This document shows, piece by piece, positions 34,674-64,000 of a stretch of 64,000 nucleotides of DNA. Source of the DNA: Phoronis australis (Eukaryota; Animalia; Phoronida); NCBI GenBank assembly GCA_002633005.1, contig NMRA01000033.1:76436-140435 (forward strand), in the 5' to 3' direction. The stretch's first letter is position 1. The number at the start of each line of letters is the position of its first letter. The translations under genes were made by a program, and so were the position numbers. The notes beneath the pieces are model-generated. The model saw nothing but the letters and a program-made list of their open reading frames with translations, had not been told where the DNA came from and did no database searches.

Positions 34674-37519
34674 TATTACTGTTTTCAATTTTTTCGATAA
34701 TAATTCATTTCATAGTGTGCCGTGTTTACCAGTTGCCCTGATGGCACTTTTTGTTAATTCGATTTCCGAGAAGTAGACCCATTGTTATCTGAATTATTTA
34801 CTTATACCCGTGAAATAAAATTATAAAAATTAAAAAGTTTACCTTGTAAAAGAACCCAATCCAGTCCTTCGTGTTGCTGACAGCGCTCAGTGCGTTTGCC
34901 AATTACCTGCTCTTGTTGGACTGCCCCACCTTTTTGAATTTTTTCCGCCCTCCCGCCACACCATCCAAATGTCCCACTTTTTGTAACACAGCCAAACTGG
35001 CATATCATATAGTCATAGACATCTTAATGAGATATCTATGCATATAGTATTGTAATTTCTCACGCACCGTAGCCATGTTTTCCCGATCGACTAAAAAGAA
35101 AAGTGTTAGTTGTACAGTGAAGACTGAACACAACACAGTACAGGATAACCGTGAGCCACTACTTCCTGGAAACCACGGAGCCCGATGAAACGGGTTCACT
35201 TTTCGGCGTTCGTTTTAACAGAGAACAGGATTTCAAATGTTAACCACTAAAATATCAGTCAAGCCCGCTGACTTCACCATGCAGTTTTAAATCTCGTGAC
35301 ACAATAAATTCTCGCTTCCTGCTGATGTCCGCTGCGGGCACCGCAACACATTCATCTCACTCCTGGCACAGTAGCTGCACTGATGTTAGCTCGTAGAAAA
35401 TACGCCGGTGAGCACTGAGCTGCAATATATATTTTTTATATATTTTTTCTTGTGTGACTAAAGTTGGCCTATCTCTAATTCATTATTTAAAAACTTTCAG
35501 CTCTAAGCATCAGCATTACCTAATCACAAACTGGGAAACCCATTTTCTAATAACCGTGGTAGACGCAAATTATACGTCCACCGTAGGTAACACGAGAGCA
35601 AAAATCATTAGCTAGTCATAGACAAAGAACCCGGTTTAGTCCAACTTATTAAAATTTATGATCTTAAAATTGACCATGAAAGGACGCAAAAAAACGCGTT
35701 TGCACCAGTTTTTTCGCAATGATTACAGGGGTCTGCAAAGAAGTCAAATTGCTGAGGATGTTTCAGTCAAGTCATAGCCAAACTTCAAAACTGGAATGCC
35801 ATGCAGCTGTGGTTGCGCAGCGCATGCGTGGGAGTTCTTTGCTTTCGTTGATTTTTTTCTCGCTGTGGAATATGGTCCGGAAATCGGGGGGCTGAACCTG
35901 GATTTGTCGAATATGTTGTTTTTTCTTTGCCGTTTCATGTAGCCTAGGGTCAAGTAACCATGATTTACCGTAGGTGGGTGACCGTTCGCAACCATTGAGC
36001 ATTTTTAAATGTGCAACTTAAGGTCGCCATTATGCAAAATTCTATTTTGCTTATAATTTCCTTACCAAGCACTGCTGGCAGATTATTTTGACGTTTTCAC
36101 CCACGTTTCCATGGTCAGCGAATTTAATAGTGCAAGTTGTTTTGGTGACTAGCAGCGAACTGATAGGTCACAACCTCGCTTTCCATCGACTTTGCTGGAA
36201 AGGGGCTGTTCAAAATCGGCAACTTAAAATAAAATCACAAAAACAGATCTTGTTTTATGGCTATGGTTAAAGTTTTCTAGTGCAGTATATTTTTCATGCA
36301 AGGCAATACTTTTCTCATAAACTTTGACTGAAATTACTCTTTCACGGTATGGTAGGTTTTGTACCGTTTAATACCATGGATTATAAATTGCGTTTTAGGA
36401 GTGTAAGAGAAACTAAACATTGCTTCTGTAGACACAATATAATAAGATACACAGATACAAATAATTACGATGTATATGTACAGTGTACATGATGAATATT
36501 TACACATAATTACATTGCCACTACATTCAGGGTCCACATATTTAAGTTATGCACATTGCTGACAAAGAAGCATGAGATTGTAAGTTACAGATGACATAAA
36601 GATCTGTAAGAACAACACTGGGTGAATTCACTAATGCTGGTACCCTCCCAATTTGGCAAGATTGCCCATATCCTCATGGGATGCTATGCATTTACAAGCA
36701 GTGCCAAATTAAGCATTCCCAGAATCTCGGGGGGCCTCTGTACTTTGAGATGTTCCTGCTAATCACAATTTTACAATTCTTCACTCACCATGATCACCGC
36801 AATTTTTCGTGCCTGTCCCCTGATTCACAATGAGGTGGGCCCCTACTTGTTGGTGGGACACTAAGCTTAGTAGCATAGCTCAATGGATCATTTGCTAATG
36901 ATTACAACATGAAACATGATCTCACTCATTTTCAATCTCGAATAATCAGCATTATTGGATGTGCCCCAGGTCACTTTAACACTGTTATAATGAATAAGTG
37001 TGGACAGGTTATAAAAACATGCCTTTATAACAAAGAAAGTAGTTCAAACAGAGCTCCAAGCATTTGACATCAAAGTAAAGTTGAACCATTTTTATGGGTT
37101 TCAAAAGTACTTGCACTTTCTCACAAATTTAATTCCAATGGTGGATGCCTTCACATACAAATAAGATGCCAACTGTCATGCAAAAAGACATCTGGAAAGA
37201 ACTACATTTAGGTGTCTAATCGTACTCATATGATAAAAAGACACTCTGTCAAGATTTCAAAACCAACTACCAGCACACTCAAATGGTTTACAAAGGTCAA
37301 GACAATAGGGCCGTCCCAGAATACACAGCGTTAGAACTTTCTTTGTTATGTAGATAAGAAAGCGCATTGTTTTCAGTGGCTTCTTGGAATGTCAGCCATA
37401 TTTTCTTAGGTCATAATAGAAAGTATCTAGGTGCAAGGCAGTGGAAATATTTCTTCAAGAAAGGCAATACTACTCAGTTCAAAATCAACCCTGACCAACT
37501 TGTTATATCCACTCGCTCT

Positions 37520-37651
37520 GCGTTACTTTGTCTTTGATTGATGTCGGGAAGACAACAAAGTTAACATCACGCGTCGAAGGATATTTGTCAGTTTATCTGA
37601 CTTTCTCCCATCGTTGTTGCAGCCCACAGCACAGCAATACTTCCTTGACAT
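37520..37651 (-). mobile_element. Short THAP N-terminal remnant
   Basis: MSRKYCCAVGCNND followed by a frameshift. Confidence 0.4.
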
Positions 37652-38846
37652 GGAAAGGAGGAATAGAGTATGAAGTGAAGAAAACGTGGAACTCCAGTGG
37701 CGCAAAAACGCTAGACTACAAACGTGTTTGACGAATATTGGGGTATTGCAGGTGAATACTGAGAGATTCGAGTGTTGCTGTGTAATCAGGAACAGTCCTA
37801 TTCGGTAACACCAAAATAATTAGAAATGGTTCGCAATGATTAATGGATCCTTGAGCACAATAATTTATTATCCTAAGGGAAGACGGGACAAATAGTTGAG
37901 AGAGCCATTTACATACATAGCAGAGTATAATGCCTATTAGATGGCACTAGATGACAATAAATAAGTTAACTACACTTAATTTAAACAGTTTATAGCCAAC
38001 TAGAAATACTCGAGTGATATTGGCCACACCAAGCAGCAGCTGTTACGTGCAGTTCTCAAGAAACTCCCATTCGATGGATATTCAGGGGCGTCTCGCAAGC
38101 ATCCCTTTTACGGCGAAAAGTACTTATGATTAAGTAATTTACAATTACACATAGAATCTTAAGATGTGGTAAAAATTTTCAGGTAAACAAGGTTATCTCG
38201 TTGTCAGAGAGAAACCTTGCAAAAGGTGAAGCTTTTTATCAGTGAAAATAAGCAATGGGATATATATTTCAAATCCTCAGTAGAACGGGCTTACCCAAAA
38301 CTGAGGCGAGTATCCCTCGACAACCAGGAGCACATACTACACTCACCACATAATATCTAAAGCTCGCTTCAGTCTTATCGAGTTGAAAATCCTAAACTGA
38401 AGTTGAGAATTGTTGTCCATTAATTTCTGTTTACTTTGAAAAAAACAGTGATGTCATGCAGTTCTTGAAAAGTAAGATTTGTGTCTATGGGGGCACACAC
38501 TCTTCAAGAGGATGAATTCAATATTCCACTGCAAAATTACAACACTTGTTTCAACCAGTACCATACCCATGATATTTTCCAAGACAACAATGATCATGAG
38601 AAGGATTAAAATTTGTCTGGTATACAGAAAAGGCAGCTCAGAGCTTGCATGCAGAGATGCATCGCAGGAACATTGACATGGACACTTAGATATGGACACA
38701 CAGATATGGACCCACGGACATGGACACACAGACATGGACACTCAGACAGGTGAATGCAGAAGTACACAGATACACACAAATGTGCCATATTAAACTGCCG
38801 TGCCCGACTCCATCTCCAAACAGCACCGCTCCGTATCCCGATCACG

Positions 38847-62224
<23,378 letters not shown>

Positions 62225-62451
62225 CTGAAACAAGGACACACGGTGCAGTCGATGAGTCAGGCTCACAAAAGTGATCATGTTCCGTGTACTGTGGTCATAT
62301 GAGCAGAGAGAGTAAGAGGGGACCGTTCCGTTTCCCTGAGCCCCACCTGGGAGAAAAAATCATCGCAGGACCGCAGGCCAGAGACTCGACCTGGCTTAAC
62401 AGCTTATGGACAACTGTGCGCAAGTTCACCACGGATGACTGCGGTGGTGCA

Positions 62452-62800
62452 ATATCAACATGCCCGATACCGGTTTGATAAATACTGATACAGTATCAAC
62501 AAGTCAGATTTCGGTCTGATAACTACTGGTGCAGTATCAACATGCCAGATACCGGTCTGATCAAATACTGGAATAGTGTCAACATGCCAGATACTGGTAT
62601 GATCAAATACCGACATAGTGTCAAAATGCGAGATACTAGTCTGATAAAATGCTGGTATAGTCGCAACATGTTAAATATTGGTCTGGATAAACACTGGTAC
62701 AGTATCAACATGTTAAACACGAGTCCAATAACTACTGGTAAAGTATCAATATCTCAGATACTAGTATGATAAATATGGGTATAGTATCAACAAGTCAGAT
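62452..62800. repeat. Degenerate ~42-bp minisatellite (about 8 units), resuming more decayed after ~63430
   Basis: Consensus-like agtatcaacatgccagataccggtctgataaatactggtat. The 14-aa periodicity of ORF 62542-62769 reflects it. Confidence 0.85.
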
Positions 62801-63389
62801 GAGCAGGTAAAAATTCAATTCCTATGAACTTTTTCTAGTTCATGACATTGACATTTCTACCCTCACTAAGGCTCTTTTTCAACGAGTGGATTGCTCAGAC
62901 TTTGCCGACTCGGATCTAAAATGGGGTCATACCCCCGGGAGCTATAGACCTTGGTCTCGGTTCATGGGGATCCCATGGTTACTCCGTAACACTGTTATAA
63001 CTGGTAGTTGCATTGAAAGCATATAGTAGTCATGGGATCCCCAGTCTCACCCATTGTAGCCGACATCTACATGGAGAATTTTGAGAGATGAAACCCTAGG
63101 GACAGCCCGCACCATCCCAGTCTTTGGCTCAGGTATGTGGCTCACACATATGTACTCATACATGAGTGCCATGTCAACAGTTTCTTCACAAACATCAACA
63201 GCATAGGCCGTCTCATCCAGTTCACCAACCTGAGACTGACAGTAAATTGCCCACCATGAACTGAGACCAAGGTCAACAGCTCCCCTGCAAAGTACGGGTA
63301 ATCCACTCATTGAAAGACCCTTGGGTGAGGGTAGAAACGTACTAGTCATCAGATACAAACAGTTCACGTAAGGGAATTTTTACCAGCTC
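62801..63389. mobile_element. Non-autonomous element with ~150-bp degenerate TIRs (GAG...CTC ends) inserted in the minisatellite, with a related end at ~48618-48785
   Basis: gagcaggtaaaaattc...ccctcactaagg...gaccttggtctc is inverted at 63260-63389. No clean TSD. Confidence 0.65.
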
Positions 63390-64000
63390 AACATCGCCAC
63401 AAACTATGAAAAGCCTTTTCTGTTGCCAGATGCCAGATACTGCTGTAGTAAATAGAGGAACAGTATCAACATGGTGAGAGCTGGTCTGATTTAGATTCAT
63501 ATTGGCGTACTAGCAAGACAAGGTATTGGTCAACTATCAACACAGCATCCACGTGGTAGATGCTGGTCAGGTCAAACAGTAACACTATTACTCCGAAACT
63601 CTGGTCTGATAAAATATTAGTTCACTATCGCCATGCCTGCTGTTGATGCAGTGCCAGCATGCCACCTATTGGTCATAATAGGCATTAGAGTGGAATTAAA
63701 ATGTATTAGGCTGGTCTTCTTTTAAAATGATGTTAATTCTAGTATTTGGAAAGCAAAACTGGTATTTAATTAGCAGAGTATTTAGTATCACTAAGGAAAT
63801 ATCATCACTACCAAATGAGCAGGCACTGGTATCAATTTGCCATCTTAGGAACCAGTATTATACAGATTTCAAATACTGGTGACCAATCTTAGTATTAATA
63901 CACTGCTTAACTCTGGTTCAATCTGAACCTTGGAAATGTAAAAATGAAAAAAATCACACCACCCACAATGCCGCTGTAAGCCAGGGAACAAAATATTTTG

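Noticed and set aside
38670-38775. Cys-rich ORFs and gacatggacac repeats after the AGAP stop
   Set aside because: Low-complexity 3' UTR repeat with no coding evidence.
62523-62769. ORFs with 14-aa repeats (MPDTGLIKY…)
   Set aside because: By-product of a 42-bp minisatellite. Open on both strands, with no splice support.

Overview
Eukaryotic (animal, probably marine invertebrate) genomic DNA: AT-rich, with GT-AG introns and no prokaryotic features. Two host genes can be rebuilt by hand, both on the minus strand. (1) An intact 4-exon, 357-aa SAM-dependent methyltransferase of the bacterial Rv2258c-like type (20584->8942), whose ~8.9-kb first intron is full of transposon debris. (2) The 3' part of an AGAP/centaurin-gamma gene (split PH, ArfGAP and ankyrin domains, stop at 38847), whose 5' GTPase exons were not found in the window. 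It carries three homologous phase-0 exons that look like a duplicated, possibly mutually exclusive set. The first 35 kb is dense with mobile DNA. The main element is a complete 7.2-kb Academ(X)-type DNA transposon (27223-34438) with a CTA TSD, ~760-bp near-identical TIRs built from ~140-bp subrepeats, and a spliced but frameshifted transposase. There are also a second Academ relic, THAP-bearing Kolobok-like and ISL2EU/Harbinger-like elements, Copia, Gypsy, Penelope (with a hammerhead-like core) and RLE non-LTR fragments, several MITE families, a nested palindrome/footprint cluster and minisatellites. All family assignments come from motif recognition, not database searches. I cannot demonstrate a wholly new system; the best leads are ranked in the findings.
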